A stretch of DNA of 64,000 nucleotides from assembly GCA_027317865.1 (NCBI GenBank), contig DAHVQG010000007.1, positions 102,282 to 166,281 on the forward strand, given 5' to 3'. This stretch comes from Bdellovibrionales bacterium. GTDB lineage: Bacteria > Bdellovibrionota > Bdellovibrionia > Bdellovibrionales > UBA1609. The translations under genes were made by a program, and so were the position numbers. Position 1 is the stretch's first letter, and each line of letters begins with the position of its first letter. Under the pieces are notes generated by a model, which worked only from the letters and a program-made list of their open reading frames with translations, made no database searches and was not told the DNA's origin. This document shows, piece after piece, positions 9,360 to 19,858 of this stretch.

Positions 9360-9740
9360 CTAACAAAACAAAGCACGGATTTTGGTGCAGTAAGGTTTGG
9401 CGAAAAGAGCGAGGTATAATTCAAGCAGAGTGACTACGATTGCAAGTGGCAAGCCCGAACGGTCGATAAAAAAGTGAAACAAAAAAATGTTAGCAACTAC
9501 GGGTGCCAGTATAACAACTCCAAGTGAAACGTAGGCGCCGGTCAGAAGTAGTGCTCCACCAACGACTTGCACCCCAAAAAGAAACGGAATGAAATAGCCG
9601 GTCGCATATAAGCCCGAGAAAAACTGTTCGGGTCTTCCGTGCATCGGCGGCATCGGCAGAAAATGAAAAAATCCGTTGAGGCCAAACACGACAAATATCA
9701 AGCCCAATACAATGCGTGCGATTGTGGTCAATTTGCTCAA
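9360..9740 (-). CDS. DoxX family membrane protein
   Basis: ARIVLGLIFVVFGLNGFFHF..P, TGY..P, LAPVVANIFLFH; TTG start 7 nt after SD AGGAG. Confidence 0.85.
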   Translation of the reverse strand: MSKLTTIARIVLGLIFVVFGLNGFFHFLPMPPMHGRPEQFFSGLYATGYFIPFLFGVQVVGGALLLTGAYVSLGVVILAPVVANIFLFHFFIDRSGLPLAIVVTLLELYLALFAKPYCTKIRALFC

Positions 9741-9843
9741 GTGGAGGCTCCTTGCCAGATAATTAAATGGTTTCTTCACAAAAATTGTTCCACCATGCAG
9801 CAACCCGTGTCAATATGACGCAATTACATTTAGAATGGCATGA

Positions 9844-10764
9844 ATGAACCCCATCATTGAAGTTTCACATTTAAATAAGATTTATGCCGGTGGTTTTCAG
9901 GCGCTAAAGGACGTCAGTCTTCAAATTGATAAGGGCGAGATCTTTGCGCTTCTTGGGCCGAACGGTGCGGGCAAAACAACGCTGATTCATATTATTTGTG
10001 GGATCGTCAACCGGACTTCCGGTGAAGTGTTGGTTGATGGTCACGATATTATACGTGACTACCGGTACACCCGTTCGCTGATTGGGTTGGTTCCACAAGA
10101 ATTAGCGACCGATCAATTTGAAACCGTATGGAATATCGTCCGTTTCAGCCGCGGCATTTTTGATCAACCAAAAAACCCGGCTTATCTTGAAAGCGTGCTG
10201 AAAAATCTCGCGCTGTGGGAGAAACGCAAAAACAAAATTATGACATTATCGGGCGGGATGAAACGACGTGTGATGATTGCCAAAGCACTCGCGCACGAAC
10301 CGCAGATTTTGTTTTTGGACGAACCAACGGCCGGTGTCGATGTCGAACTTCGCAAAAGCATGTGGGAGCAAGTGCGGCGGCTTCGCGAATCGGGCGTCAC
10401 GATCATTCTTACCACGCACTATATCGAAGAGGCGGAAGAACTTGCCGATCGAATCGGCGTGATTAACCACGGGGAGCTTATCGTAACCGAAGATAAAAGT
10501 CGTTTGATGAAAAAATTGGGTAAAAAAGAATTGAACCTTGAACTCAAAGCGCCGCTCAAAGCCATTCCCGAGGCACTTTCGGGTTACCAGCTCAAATTAT
10601 CGCCGGATGGTCTGGTGCTGACTTTGGCTTACGATTCAACGCACAACGAAAGCGGAATTACAGAATTATTGGATCGACTTAAAGAAAACGGCGTGAGTTA
10701 CAAAGACATTTATACCAAACAAAGCAGTCTTGAAGAAATATTTGTGCAATTGGTGCATCAATGA
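9844..10764 (+). CDS. ABC transporter ATP-binding protein (YadG-like)
   Basis: Walker [18 protein letters not shown] signature, [14 protein letters not shown]-loop. Confidence 0.93.
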   Translation: MNPIIEVSHLNKIYAGGFQALKDVSLQIDKGEIFALLGPNGAGKTTLIHIICGIVNRTSGEVLVDGHDIIRDYRYTRSLIGLVPQELATDQFETVWNIVRFSRGIFDQPKNPAYLESVLKNLALWEKRKNKIMTLSGGMKRRVMIAKALAHEPQILFLDEPTAGVDVELRKSMWEQVRRLRESGVTIILTTHYIEEAEELADRIGVINHGELIVTEDKSRLMKKLGKKELNLELKAPLKAIPEALSGYQLKLSPDGLVLTLAYDSTHNESGITELLDRLKENGVSYKDIYTKQSSLEEIFVQLVHQ

Positions 10765-11528
10765 GAATTAATTTTCGAGCGATTGGGGCCATATATAGGT
10801 TTGAAATGGCGCGAACATTTCGAACAATCCTGCAGAGTATAGCGTCGCCGGTGATTTCGACGACGTTGTATTTTATCGTTTTCGGGTCCGCGATCGGTAA
10901 GCACATGAGCGCTGTTAACGGTGTAAGTTACGGGGCTTTTATTGTTCCGGGTCTTACAATGCTAACGGTACTGCAACAAAGTGTCGCCAATGCGTCGTTC
11001 GGAATTTATTTTCCGCGTTTTGTCGGGACGATTTACGAAGTTCTTTCGGCGCCCGTCTCATACTTCGAAATTTTGGTCGGATATGTCGGAGCGGCTACAA
11101 CGAAGGCTATGATGGTCGGAACGATCATTCTGCTAACGTCATGCTTTTTTGTGCCGTTACATGTTGACCATCCGTTTTGGATGATCGGTTTTCTTTTGCT
11201 GACATCTTTATCATTCAGTCTTTTGGGTTTTATCATTGGCATTTGGGCCGATGGGTTTGAGAAGCTGCAGCTCATACCGCTTCTCATCATCACGCCGCTG
11301 GCGTTTTTAGGCGGTGCTTTTTATTCCATCAAAATGCTGCCGCCGCTGTGGCAAAAAATTTCGATGGCCAATCCGGTTGTCTATTTGATCAGCGGTTTTC
11401 GCTGGAGCTTTTATGAAAGATCGGATGTCAGCGTGCAGACAAGTCTTTTGATGATCAGTCTTTTTCTCGCCATTTGCATATTAATCGTAGCGAGAATTTT
11501 TAAAACCGGTTACCGGCTCAAAACATGA
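10761..11528 (+). CDS. ABC-2 type transporter permease (YadH-like)
   Basis: Six TM helices, [34 protein letters not shown] overlap with the ATPase gene. Confidence 0.92.
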   Translation: MRINFRAIGAIYRFEMARTFRTILQSIASPVISTTLYFIVFGSAIGKHMSAVNGVSYGAFIVPGLTMLTVLQQSVANASFGIYFPRFVGTIYEVLSAPVSYFEILVGYVGAATTKAMMVGTIILLTSCFFVPLHVDHPFWMIGFLLLTSLSFSLLGFIIGIWADGFEKLQLIPLLIITPLAFLGGAFYSIKMLPPLWQKISMANPVVYLISGFRWSFYERSDVSVQTSLLMISLFLAICILIVARIFKTGYRLKT

Positions 11529-13084
11529 TAGATCCGAAGTCGTCAGTTCTCGACAACCGGTATTTTGCGGTGCCGTTGCGCGATTGGACCTGGCTTTTTG
11601 CGCTCGGGCTCCTTCGCTTTTTGATCGGTCTACATTACGGTTTGGGCGTCGACGAAGCTCATTACGCGCTGTATGGTTTGCACCTCGATTGGAGTTATTT
11701 CGACGACACACCGCTAGTCGGTTGGGTTCAAGCGATTTTTTTACATTTGTTTGGACTTCATGATTGGGTCGTACATCTACCGGCTGAAATTGCCGGTGTC
11801 GTTTCAGGTCTCTTAGCCTTTCGTTTATGTGAAAAACTCACTGGTGATGTAAGGGCCGCGCGTTGGGGCGCAATCGCTTTAAGCGTTTCATTTTTGCCAA
11901 ACGGTCTTTGGTTTATGCTGGAGCCCGACACCCTCCTTCTCATTTTTGTATTTTGGCTTTGTGAAATCGTAATCCGTCTTCGCAACTCCGGTTATCGGAA
12001 TTGGCGCGAGTGGTGCGAATTGGGTTTATGTTTGGGGCTCTGCGGGCTATCGAAGTATACCGCCATTATTTTGGTACCCGGACTTTTGCTTTTTTCACTT
12101 TGGGAGCGAAATTATCGCGAAATCAAAGACCATGTGTCAAAGTTTCTCGCCGCTGTGGTGATTGCGTCGATCATTGTTTCACCCGTTTTTTACTGGAATG
12201 CGATTCACGGTTGGATCAGTTTTCATTATCAAATTTCGCACGTCGTTTATGCTCATCGCCTCTCGCTCAAGCATTATTTGAAAAATTTTGTTTCATTTAT
12301 AGGCGTGCAAACTGTGGCTTACAGTCCGTTTGTTATTGCGGCTGCAGCGATCGGCTGGTGGCGATGGAAGCGAAATTTTAGCGAGTTCACTGGCACGCAA
12401 TTGTCATTGGGGCGACTCATACTTAGCCTCGCGCTGACTTGCTTGGCCTTTTTTGCTTATACAAGCTCACGACAACCGGGTTTGCCGCACTGGACTTTCT
12501 TTGCATGGGGCCTTCTGCTGCCGGCCGGCGTTTCGATCGGAGCTGCGCCCACGCCGAGTGGCCGCCGTGCAGGCGTGTTTGCGCGCGGGTTGACCGTCGT
12601 CTCGAGTCTCGTTGTCGGCGTTTTATTTTTCGAACTTGCTTTTCACGTGATTCATTATCCACCATACCGGTCGCCGTATAACGATTTTGCCGGTTGGCAG
12701 GAGCTAAGGCCTACGGTTAAGAAGCTAGTTGCAGAAGAGTGCGAAAATTTCCGTATTCGACCTATGCGTACAAAGGCCGCCGCTTTATGTGAAAAAATTG
12801 CTATCGGTGTGCCGAATTGGACTCTTGGTAGCCGTGCCATGTGGTATTATTCGGGCATCGCGCCCGTTTACGTACTCGACAATAAATTCGACCAGTTCAA
12901 TTTGTGGGAAGGCAATCCGCCCATCGGTAAAGACCTTTTGATTTTGCAATGGCGAGGCTTTCCGATGAAGCTCGATCAAAAATCGAAATGTACAAGCATT
13001 CAACCCATTGGCACAAAAGTTTTCTCTGAGCACGGCATACCGATCACTTCGGTAAAACTTTGGTGGTGTTTGGGCTACAAGTAA
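11525..13084 (+). CDS. GT-C glycosyltransferase (GT39/ArnT-like, lipid-carrier sugar transferase)
   Basis: [40 protein letters not shown] motifs; multiple TM; ATGA overlap with the permease gene. Confidence 0.85.
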   Translation: MIDPKSSVLDNRYFAVPLRDWTWLFALGLLRFLIGLHYGLGVDEAHYALYGLHLDWSYFDDTPLVGWVQAIFLHLFGLHDWVVHLPAEIAGVVSGLLAFRLCEKLTGDVRAARWGAIALSVSFLPNGLWFMLEPDTLLLIFVFWLCEIVIRLRNSGYRNWREWCELGLCLGLCGLSKYTAIILVPGLLLFSLWERNYREIKDHVSKFLAAVVIASIIVSPVFYWNAIHGWISFHYQISHVVYAHRLSLKHYLKNFVSFIGVQTVAYSPFVIAAAAIGWWRWKRNFSEFTGTQLSLGRLILSLALTCLAFFAYTSSRQPGLPHWTFFAWGLLLPAGVSIGAAPTPSGRRAGVFARGLTVVSSLVVGVLFFELAFHVIHYPPYRSPYNDFAGWQELRPTVKKLVAEECENFRIRPMRTKAAALCEKIAIGVPNWTLGSRAMWYYSGIAPVYVLDNKFDQFNLWEGNPPIGKDLLILQWRGFPMKLDQKSKCTSIQPIGTKVFSEHGIPITSVKLWWCLGYK

Positions 13085-13185
13085 GAATGTTGTTGCCGCG
13101 CCCTGGCCCGATCGAAATAAGGCCTTGCCATACGGGGCGTATTTTTTCAAACTGTGCCTAAGTCATCCGGAGGACATAGCCTAAT

Positions 13186-13617
13186 ATGGCAGAAGCGAAA
13201 ACGTCAGAAATATTTAGCTGCACGCCCGCGGAGTTTTACGGAATTGTCAGCGATTACGAAAAATATCCGGACTTTTTAAGCGAAGTCAAAAATTGCCAAA
13301 TTTTGAAAACTGAGCCTGGTCGAAAATTAGTTGAGTACACTGTTTCTATCATCAAAGATTTTAAATACCGGCTATGGATGACCGAAGAGCTCAATCAAAA
13401 AGTCGCATGGGTTTTCGAGTCAGGCGATCTGTTCAAAGTTTCGACCGGGTACTGGCAGCTCCAAGAAGAAGGCGGTAAAACCCGCGCAACGTATTTTTTA
13501 GACGCAAAATTCAACCTGTTTGTACCTGGACCGATTGCAAAAGCTCTGGTCAACGTGAATTTGCCTAACATGATGAGCTCATACCATAAGCGAGTAAAAG
13601 AACTTTATGGCAAGTGA
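13186..13617 (+). CDS. SRPBCC/START-domain protein (Coq10/RatA/polyketide cyclase-like)
   Basis: DYEKYPDFL, GDLFK..TGYWQL pattern; SD GGAGG. Confidence 0.85.
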   Translation: MAEAKTSEIFSCTPAEFYGIVSDYEKYPDFLSEVKNCQILKTEPGRKLVEYTVSIIKDFKYRLWMTEELNQKVAWVFESGDLFKVSTGYWQLQEEGGKTRATYFLDAKFNLFVPGPIAKALVNVNLPNMMSSYHKRVKELYGK

Positions 13618-13960
13618 CGACGGAAGAGACGAAGGTGGATCTCGCAGCAGTTTTGACCTTGTTAAAAAATTGATCAGTGCGGGTGTCGGTGCTGCGTTCA
13701 TGACCGAAGAAAGTATCCGCGCGTACCTGGGCGAATTGAAATTGCCCAAAGATGTACTCGGTACCCTTCTGCAGGGTGCGCAAAAATCAAAAGACGAGCT
13801 TATGGATCGAGTCGGTAATGAAATCATTAAAATCGTGCAGAAAATTGATTTTGTGCACGAGGCCTCGCGTTTCGTCGAGGAACATAAATTTCGCATCACG
13901 GCTGAAGTCGATGTTGTGAAAAAAGACCGCAAAAATTCTCAAGTTGAGACGCCGCTCTGA
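13607..13960 (+). CDS. Hypothetical helical protein (phasin-like pattern)
   Basis: KKLISAGVGAAFMTEE..R resembles phasin-type N-termini; overlaps the upstream gene. Confidence 0.65.
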   Translation: MASDDGRDEGGSRSSFDLVKKLISAGVGAAFMTEESIRAYLGELKLPKDVLGTLLQGAQKSKDELMDRVGNEIIKIVQKIDFVHEASRFVEEHKFRITAEVDVVKKDRKNSQVETPL

Positions 13961-13976
13961 CGATCAGTCTCTCGGT

Positions 13977-14207
13977 ATGTTGGGCTCATGCGTAGTTTTC
14001 ATTTTATCCATTTTGGCTTTTGCCGTTTCGTCGCGCGGGCTTTTTTCGGCTTTGCAAGAAAATGTTGCGTTAACCGCATTGACCACCGGTTATTCGCGGC
14101 AAGCCGTTCGGATTGGCAAAGCATACAAGCTTTTCGCATGGGGTGCGCTGACGCTGTTTTTATTCGCGATGATGATAGGAAGTTTAATTGAGGTCATCCG
14201 ACTGTAG
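13977..14207 (+). CDS. Small two-TM membrane protein
   Basis: Two hydrophobic segments; fills the gap between the previous gene and tilS; ATG 13977 chosen. Confidence 0.55.
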   Translation: MLGSCVVFILSILAFAVSSRGLFSALQENVALTALTTGYSRQAVRIGKAYKLFAWGALTLFLFAMMIGSLIEVIRL

Positions 14208-15216
14208 CGCCAAGCCTCAGAAACGCCTGACCGCGTTTGAGCATCGCATTCTGCGGACTTTGCGGAACTGTGGCGCGGTCCATCGGCGCATTCTTATTGC
14301 TGTTTCAGGCGGCGTCGATTCGATGGCGCTTTTGTCGGTACTTGTGCGCTTGCAACCACTTCTAAAAAACGAATTGGCCGTTATTCATGCGCACCACGGT
14401 TTGGGGCCTAATGTACCGCAAAAACAAAAAACATTTCGTAATCGAGCTCGTCAGCTCGTCTCGACGGCGGCCGACGCGTACGGAGTGAAATGTTTTACGG
14501 TCGTCTACAGGGGCCGCGTTGCATTGGCGTCAGAGGCGCAATTTCGCGCTTTTCGATGGCGGGCCATTTTTCGCACACAAAAAACCTGGCGGGCGCAAAT
14601 CATTGCGACGGCTCATAATGCTGATGATCTACTTGAAACGCGGCTATTGCGGCTTCTTCGCGGCACGGGTTTAAGGGGGCTTGCGGCGATGTTTGTCAAA
14701 TCGAGCACTCAGGAGCGCAGGGTCATTATCCGTCCATTTTTACAAGTGTCGCGTCAAGAAATTTTAAGTTACGCCAAAGAAATGCAGTTGAGTTGGCTCG
14801 AAGATCCGAGTAATGAGAATTTGGAATATCGACGAAACTGGTTGCGGCACGTGTGGTTACCGCTCCTGCGAAAGGCGTGGCCATCTGCAGATCAAACTTT
14901 GGCGCGTTCTCTTGAAACGATCGTCACCGAATGGTCACAGGTTGGTTCTAGACGTCGAAAACTTTCAAGAGATATAGTGCAAAATAAGGTAATGTCTCGA
15001 CCAAAGTATCTCGCGCTCAGTCGTGAAGAGAAATCCGCTTGTCTTGCCGATTATCTGGTTGCAGTGGGTATACACGATTTTACGCAGGGGCAAATATATG
15101 AGATTTCTCGGTATCTTGACAGTTCCCGAAAGCGATTCAAATTTAAAGCGGTACGACGTGAATGGATGGTCACTCCGAGCGAAATTCGTGTTAAACTACA
15201 AACAAGAGGCTTTTAA
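14188..15216 (+). CDS. tilS: tRNA(Ile)-lysidine synthetase
   Basis: PP-loop [51 protein letters not shown]; directly upstream of ftsH. Confidence 0.92.
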   Translation: MRSSDCSAKPQKRLTAFEHRILRTLRNCGAVHRRILIAVSGGVDSMALLSVLVRLQPLLKNELAVIHAHHGLGPNVPQKQKTFRNRARQLVSTAADAYGVKCFTVVYRGRVALASEAQFRAFRWRAIFRTQKTWRAQIIATAHNADDLLETRLLRLLRGTGLRGLAAMFVKSSTQERRVIIRPFLQVSRQEILSYAKEMQLSWLEDPSNENLEYRRNWLRHVWLPLLRKAWPSADQTLARSLETIVTEWSQVGSRRRKLSRDIVQNKVMSRPKYLALSREEKSACLADYLVAVGIHDFTQGQIYEISRYLDSSRKRFKFKAVRREWMVTPSEIRVKLQTRGF

Positions 15217-17186
15217 TGCGTAATTCACAAAAAACCATGGCTCTTTGGGCGATCTTTTTGGTGCTTGGAGTGTTGTTTTTTCAGATGTACCAAGCCCAAA
15301 AGCACTTAACGATCCAAAATTTCAATTATCCGAAATTCGTTGCGGCTTTAAAGGCCGGCGAAGTCAAAGATGTCACATTTCGAGACGGTGAAATTTTAGG
15401 CGACGTCAAAGCTCAATACAAAGATAAATTCGGTGGCGCTACCAAATTTCAGATTGTCGGCAATACAGGCAGTGACGGTTACAAACTCGTTGTGGCAAAT
15501 GGCCTTGTGCCGAATTACGAGCGCAACGACAACTCATTCATGACTTCGTTATTTCTGAATTGGCTCCCACTTATTTTGATTATCGTCATGTTTCTGTTTT
15601 TGTTTCGGCAGATTCAAGTTGGTGGCGGCAAAGCCATGAGTTTTGGCAAATCGCGAGCCCGGCTTCTGACTGAAAATAAGAATCGAGTCACGTTTCGAGA
15701 TGTGGCTGGGGTTGAAGAGGCAAAACAAGAATTGGTTGAAATTGTCCAGTTCTTGAAGGACCCCAAAAAGTTTACGCGCCTGGGTGGGCGTATTCCTAAA
15801 GGAGTTTTGTTGGTTGGCCCTCCTGGGACAGGCAAAACTTTACTGGCTCGAGCCGTAGCGGGTGAGGCCAACGTTCCATTTTTTACTATTTCGGGCTCTG
15901 ACTTTGTCGAGATGTTTGTCGGCGTAGGCGCGAGCCGCGTCCGTGATCTTTTTGATCAAGGTAAGAAAAATGCGCCCTGCCTTATTTTCATCGATGAGAT
16001 CGATGCGGTAGGTCGGCATCGTGGAGCCGGTATGGGCGGCGGACACGACGAACGCGAACAGACACTGAATCAGTTGCTTGTTGAGATGGACGGTTTTGAA
16101 AGCAATGATGGCGTAATTTTAATTGCGGCCACAAACCGGCCCGACGTGCTTGATCCGGCGCTGTTACGACCGGGCCGGTTCGACCGTCGAGTTGTTGTCA
16201 ATCGTCCCGACCTGAACGGTCGCGAACAAATTCTTCAAGTGCACACTAGAAAAACGCCGCTCGCTTCGAATGTCGACGTATCAAAAATTGCTCGCGGCAC
16301 GCCCGGTTTTAGCGGAGCCGATATTGAAAACCTAGTTAATGAAGCGGCACTCATCGCAGCGCGATCAGATAAAAATCGTGTTGAAATGTCTGATTTTGAA
16401 CACGCAAAAGATAAGATCTTGATGGGTAGCGAACGCAAATCTATGATCGTGAGCGATAGTGACCGGCGCATCACCGCCTATCACGAAGCCGGCCATACGC
16501 TTGTGGGCAAAATTTTACCGGGACTAGATCCGGTACATAAGGTTTCGATTATTCCACGGGGCATGGCGCTTGGAATTACCCAAACGCTCCCCAAAGAAGA
16601 TTTGTTGCATCTCACTCGCAGCAAAGCTGAAAACACAATTGCAATGTTGTTTGGCGGTCGAGCGGCAGAAGAACTGATTTTTAAAGATTTCACGACGGGT
16701 GCCGGTAATGACATCGAACGCGCAACATCCATGGCTCGCAGTATGGTTTGCGAATGGGGAATGAGCGATAAAATCGGCCCACTAACACTTGAAAAACGCG
16801 AAGGCCCTGTTTTTCTGGGGATGCAGTCGACCCATCAGCGCGAGTATTCTGATCAGAAAGCTCAAGAAATCGACGCCGAAGTGAAACGAATTGTCGACGA
16901 AGCTCATCAAAAAGCGCTCCAAGTTTTGAAAGATAATATGCAAGCGCTTCACAATCTTGCAAAATCACTTCTTGAACACGAGACGATCGACGGCGAAGAA
17001 GTCGACATGATTATCTCAGGTGCATCGATTGAAGATATCGCCCGTCGGCGAGCTGAGACTAAATCAAAACTCGAAGAAGAGCAGCGAATTGCTAAAGAAG
17101 AAGAAGAAAAGAAAAAGAATTTGGCGGCTGCAACAGGTTCGGGGTCTCGTGATCCGTTGGGGAATCCAGGTCCGGTTACCGCGTAG
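15216..17186 (+). CDS. ftsH: ATP-dependent zinc metalloprotease FtsH
   Basis: Two TM helices, [34 protein letters not shown] zinc motif. Confidence 0.98.
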   Translation: MRNSQKTMALWAIFLVLGVLFFQMYQAQKHLTIQNFNYPKFVAALKAGEVKDVTFRDGEILGDVKAQYKDKFGGATKFQIVGNTGSDGYKLVVANGLVPNYERNDNSFMTSLFLNWLPLILIIVMFLFLFRQIQVGGGKAMSFGKSRARLLTENKNRVTFRDVAGVEEAKQELVEIVQFLKDPKKFTRLGGRIPKGVLLVGPPGTGKTLLARAVAGEANVPFFTISGSDFVEMFVGVGASRVRDLFDQGKKNAPCLIFIDEIDAVGRHRGAGMGGGHDEREQTLNQLLVEMDGFESNDGVILIAATNRPDVLDPALLRPGRFDRRVVVNRPDLNGREQILQVHTRKTPLASNVDVSKIARGTPGFSGADIENLVNEAALIAARSDKNRVEMSDFEHAKDKILMGSERKSMIVSDSDRRITAYHEAGHTLVGKILPGLDPVHKVSIIPRGMALGITQTLPKEDLLHLTRSKAENTIAMLFGGRAAEELIFKDFTTGAGNDIERATSMARSMVCEWGMSDKIGPLTLEKREGPVFLGMQSTHQREYSDQKAQEIDAEVKRIVDEAHQKALQVLKDNMQALHNLAKSLLEHETIDGEEVDMIISGASIEDIARRRAETKSKLEEEQRIAKEEEEKKKNLAAATGSGSRDPLGNPGPVTA

Positions 17187-17226
17187 TGGTGGCGCCGTAC
17201 AAGATTGACACGGCAAGGGCGTTATT

Positions 17227-18036
17227 GTGGGCTTTTGGACGGACGTCGAAAAACTACAATTTTTGATTAAGCAAGTGGGTTGGCGCGACATCGTCGATTT
17301 ACTATTGGTCTGGTTTGTCATTTATCGTGCACTTCTACTTACAAAAAGTTCGGGCGCCGTCCAAATCTTGTCGGGTATGGGTGTACTCGCAATTGCGTAT
17401 TTTATCAGCCATTGGCAAGGCTTTATTACCTTCAACTGGATTCTCGATCTTTTCTTTTCTAACCTGTTTTTGATTGTTGTAATTTTATTTCAGGGTGAAA
17501 TTCGCCGGGCTTTGGCCCATATCGGGTCGAATCCGCTTCTTATCGGCTCGGCAACAATGGAAACTCGCCAGAACCTCGACGAAGTGGCCAAGGGCGCAAT
17601 GGAATTGGCTAAAAAAGGGATCGGAGCACTCATTGTGGTCGAACGCGACATTGTTCTAGACTATTTTATCGAGCCCGGAACTGAACTTGACGCAGTTATT
17701 TCGTCGGATCTGATCAGCTCGATCTTTGCGCCGACAAGCCCTCTCCACGATGGCGCGATGATTGTTCGTAACGGAAGAATTTTTTCTGTCGGCAATTTTT
17801 TGCCGCTTTCAAAAAGCGCGGTCTTAGATAAACACAAGGGGACGCGGCACCGGGCCGCTTTGGGATTGGCCGAACAGACTGATGCTCTCATCATGGTTGT
17901 TAGTGAAGAAGCTCGCAGTGTCAGTTTGTTTTACGGCGAGGTTATAAAGACTGATCTTGATATGCCAACACTGTTGAATTCGCTTTACCAAGAAATGGGT
18001 CTAAGGTTGCGGCCCGAGAAAGTTGCAACTGCATGA
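17227..18036 (+). CDS. cdaA: Diadenylate cyclase (c-di-AMP synthase), membrane-bound CdaA/DacA type
   Basis: Three N-terminal TMs, FQGEIRRAL, GALIV, PLHDGA and GTRHRAALG catalytic motifs, VVSEE. Confidence 0.93.
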   Translation: MGFWTDVEKLQFLIKQVGWRDIVDLLLVWFVIYRALLLTKSSGAVQILSGMGVLAIAYFISHWQGFITFNWILDLFFSNLFLIVVILFQGEIRRALAHIGSNPLLIGSATMETRQNLDEVAKGAMELAKKGIGALIVVERDIVLDYFIEPGTELDAVISSDLISSIFAPTSPLHDGAMIVRNGRIFSVGNFLPLSKSAVLDKHKGTRHRAALGLAEQTDALIMVVSEEARSVSLFYGEVIKTDLDMPTLLNSLYQEMGLRLRPEKVATA

Positions 18037-18470
18037 GTTCTAGACGTTGGCGGATTTGGTTTCTGGATCTTTTTCGTGAAAACTGGCTTTATAAAATCGT
18101 GGCGCTCATCGTTGCGGCGGCGGTTTGGGCGACAACAATTTACGGGCAAAAAGACACAATTATGATAAAGACATTGAACGTCGAGTACATTTTGCGCCCT
18201 CAATACATCATCGCAAATAATTATTTGCGAACGGCCCAGGTGAAGGTAGCCGGTCCACACGAAGCGTTGAGAACTTTTGCCATGTCGGCATCACCGCTCG
18301 TGATCAATTTGGCGAGTCAAAAAGTCGGTGAAGATGTTATTCCGCTCTTAGCTTCAAATGTAGAAGTCCCTTTGGGGGTAAAAGTGTTGTCGATTCGGCC
18401 TAATTTTATAAAAATCAGAATTCGAAAAGCGCATGTACGTTCGCATTCGACCAAAGGAGCGGTCAGATGA
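18033..18470 (+). CDS. cdaR: CdaR/YbbR-like regulator (single YbbR domain)
   Basis: ENWLYKIVALIVAAAVW anchor, VKVAGP, VPLGVKVLSIRP; lies between cdaA and glmM with ATGA overlaps. Confidence 0.8.
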   Translation: MSSRRWRIWFLDLFRENWLYKIVALIVAAAVWATTIYGQKDTIMIKTLNVEYILRPQYIIANNYLRTAQVKVAGPHEALRTFAMSASPLVINLASQKVGEDVIPLLASNVEVPLGVKVLSIRPNFIKIRIRKAHVRSHSTKGAVR

Positions 18471-19852
18471 GCCAAAATAAAAGAAAATTATTCGGCACAG
18501 ATGGGATACGGGGCACGGCAAATCGCGACCCGATGACGCCTGATATCGCTCTCAAAGTCGGCCAAGCTTTGGGTTATGTTTTGAAAAGTTCGCCAAGCGC
18601 GCCCATCCGAAAGGGACTGCCTCGAACGGTTCTTATTGGTAAAGACACACGGCTTTCGGGTTACATGATCGAGCAAGCGATGGCGTCGGGTCTAAATTCA
18701 ATGGGTGTGCGGGTATTGCTAACCGGGCCGCTACCGACTCCAGGCATCGGTTTTGTCGCACAAAACATGCGCGCTGATGCCGGGGTGGTAATTTCAGCGT
18801 CGCACAACGCGTACCACGATAACGGCATCAAAATATTTGGTTCCGACGGTTTTAAAATCGACGCGTTGATGGAAGAAGAGATTGAACGCCTTGTGTTCGA
18901 AGAAGATATATCCGCGCTTCTTGAAGATCCGGATCGCATCGGCCGCACCCGGCGAATAGACGACGCCGACGGCCGTTATATTGTTTACGCGAAAAATACT
19001 TTTCCGCTCAATTTGAGTCTCGAAGGGATGCGCATTGTTCTCGATTGCGCGAACGGCGCGGCATACAAAGTTGCTCCCGCAATTCTTGAGGAGTTAGGCG
19101 CAGAAGTCATGGTCATCGGCAACGAGCCGAATGGCCGCAATATCAACGACAAAGTGGGTGCGCTTTACCCGCATCGAATAAGTGAAGAGGTCGTACGATT
19201 TCGCGCGGATGTCGGTGTTTCGCTTGACGGCGATGCGGATCGGGTGATGATGGCCGATGAGCGTGGTCACATCGTAAACGGCGATCATATTTTGGCTATT
19301 TCGGCACTTCATAAAAAGGACAAAAAACAACTTGTACACGATACGGTTGTGGCGACCGAAATGAGCAACATCGGTCTCGAACAATGCCTCAACCGGAGCG
19401 GCGTTCAACTAGTTCGTACTGATGTCGGCGACAAGTACGTTGTCGAAGAAATGCGCAAAAACGGCTATAACTTAGGCGGTGAACAGTCGGGCCACATCAT
19501 TTGCCTAGACCACAGTACCACGGGAGATGGGATCGTCGCGGCACTGGATGTGTTATCAGTCATGCGGTCAACCGGGCGCAAATTGAGTGACCTCAGCAAC
19601 GTAATGATGGATGTGCCGCAAGTTTTGGTTAACGCGCGCGTGAAATCGCGTGCCGAGTTGAAGGAGATCCCAGGGTATGAAGAATTGATTGCCAAGGTAC
19701 GCGACCGATTAAAAGGGCGCGGGCGCGTGTTTGTGAGATTTTCAGGTACAGAACCCGTTGCGCGTGTACTTGTTGAGGGGCCGGATAAACGATTGATTTC
19801 AACTTTTGCCGAAGAAATTGCGAATCTAATTCAGTCGCACTTGGGCCGGTAG
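18467..19852 (+). CDS. glmM: Phosphoglucosamine mutase
   Basis: FGTDGIRG, ISASHN (phospho-Ser), DGDADR, GGEQSGH, RFSGTEP. Confidence 0.97.
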   Translation: MSQNKRKLFGTDGIRGTANRDPMTPDIALKVGQALGYVLKSSPSAPIRKGLPRTVLIGKDTRLSGYMIEQAMASGLNSMGVRVLLTGPLPTPGIGFVAQNMRADAGVVISASHNAYHDNGIKIFGSDGFKIDALMEEEIERLVFEEDISALLEDPDRIGRTRRIDDADGRYIVYAKNTFPLNLSLEGMRIVLDCANGAAYKVAPAILEELGAEVMVIGNEPNGRNINDKVGALYPHRISEEVVRFRADVGVSLDGDADRVMMADERGHIVNGDHILAISALHKKDKKQLVHDTVVATEMSNIGLEQCLNRSGVQLVRTDVGDKYVVEEMRKNGYNLGGEQSGHIICLDHSTTGDGIVAALDVLSVMRSTGRKLSDLSNVMMDVPQVLVNARVKSRAELKEIPGYEELIAKVRDRLKGRGRVFVRFSGTEPVARVLVEGPDKRLISTFAEEIANLIQSHLGR

Positions 19853-19858
19853 CACTCT

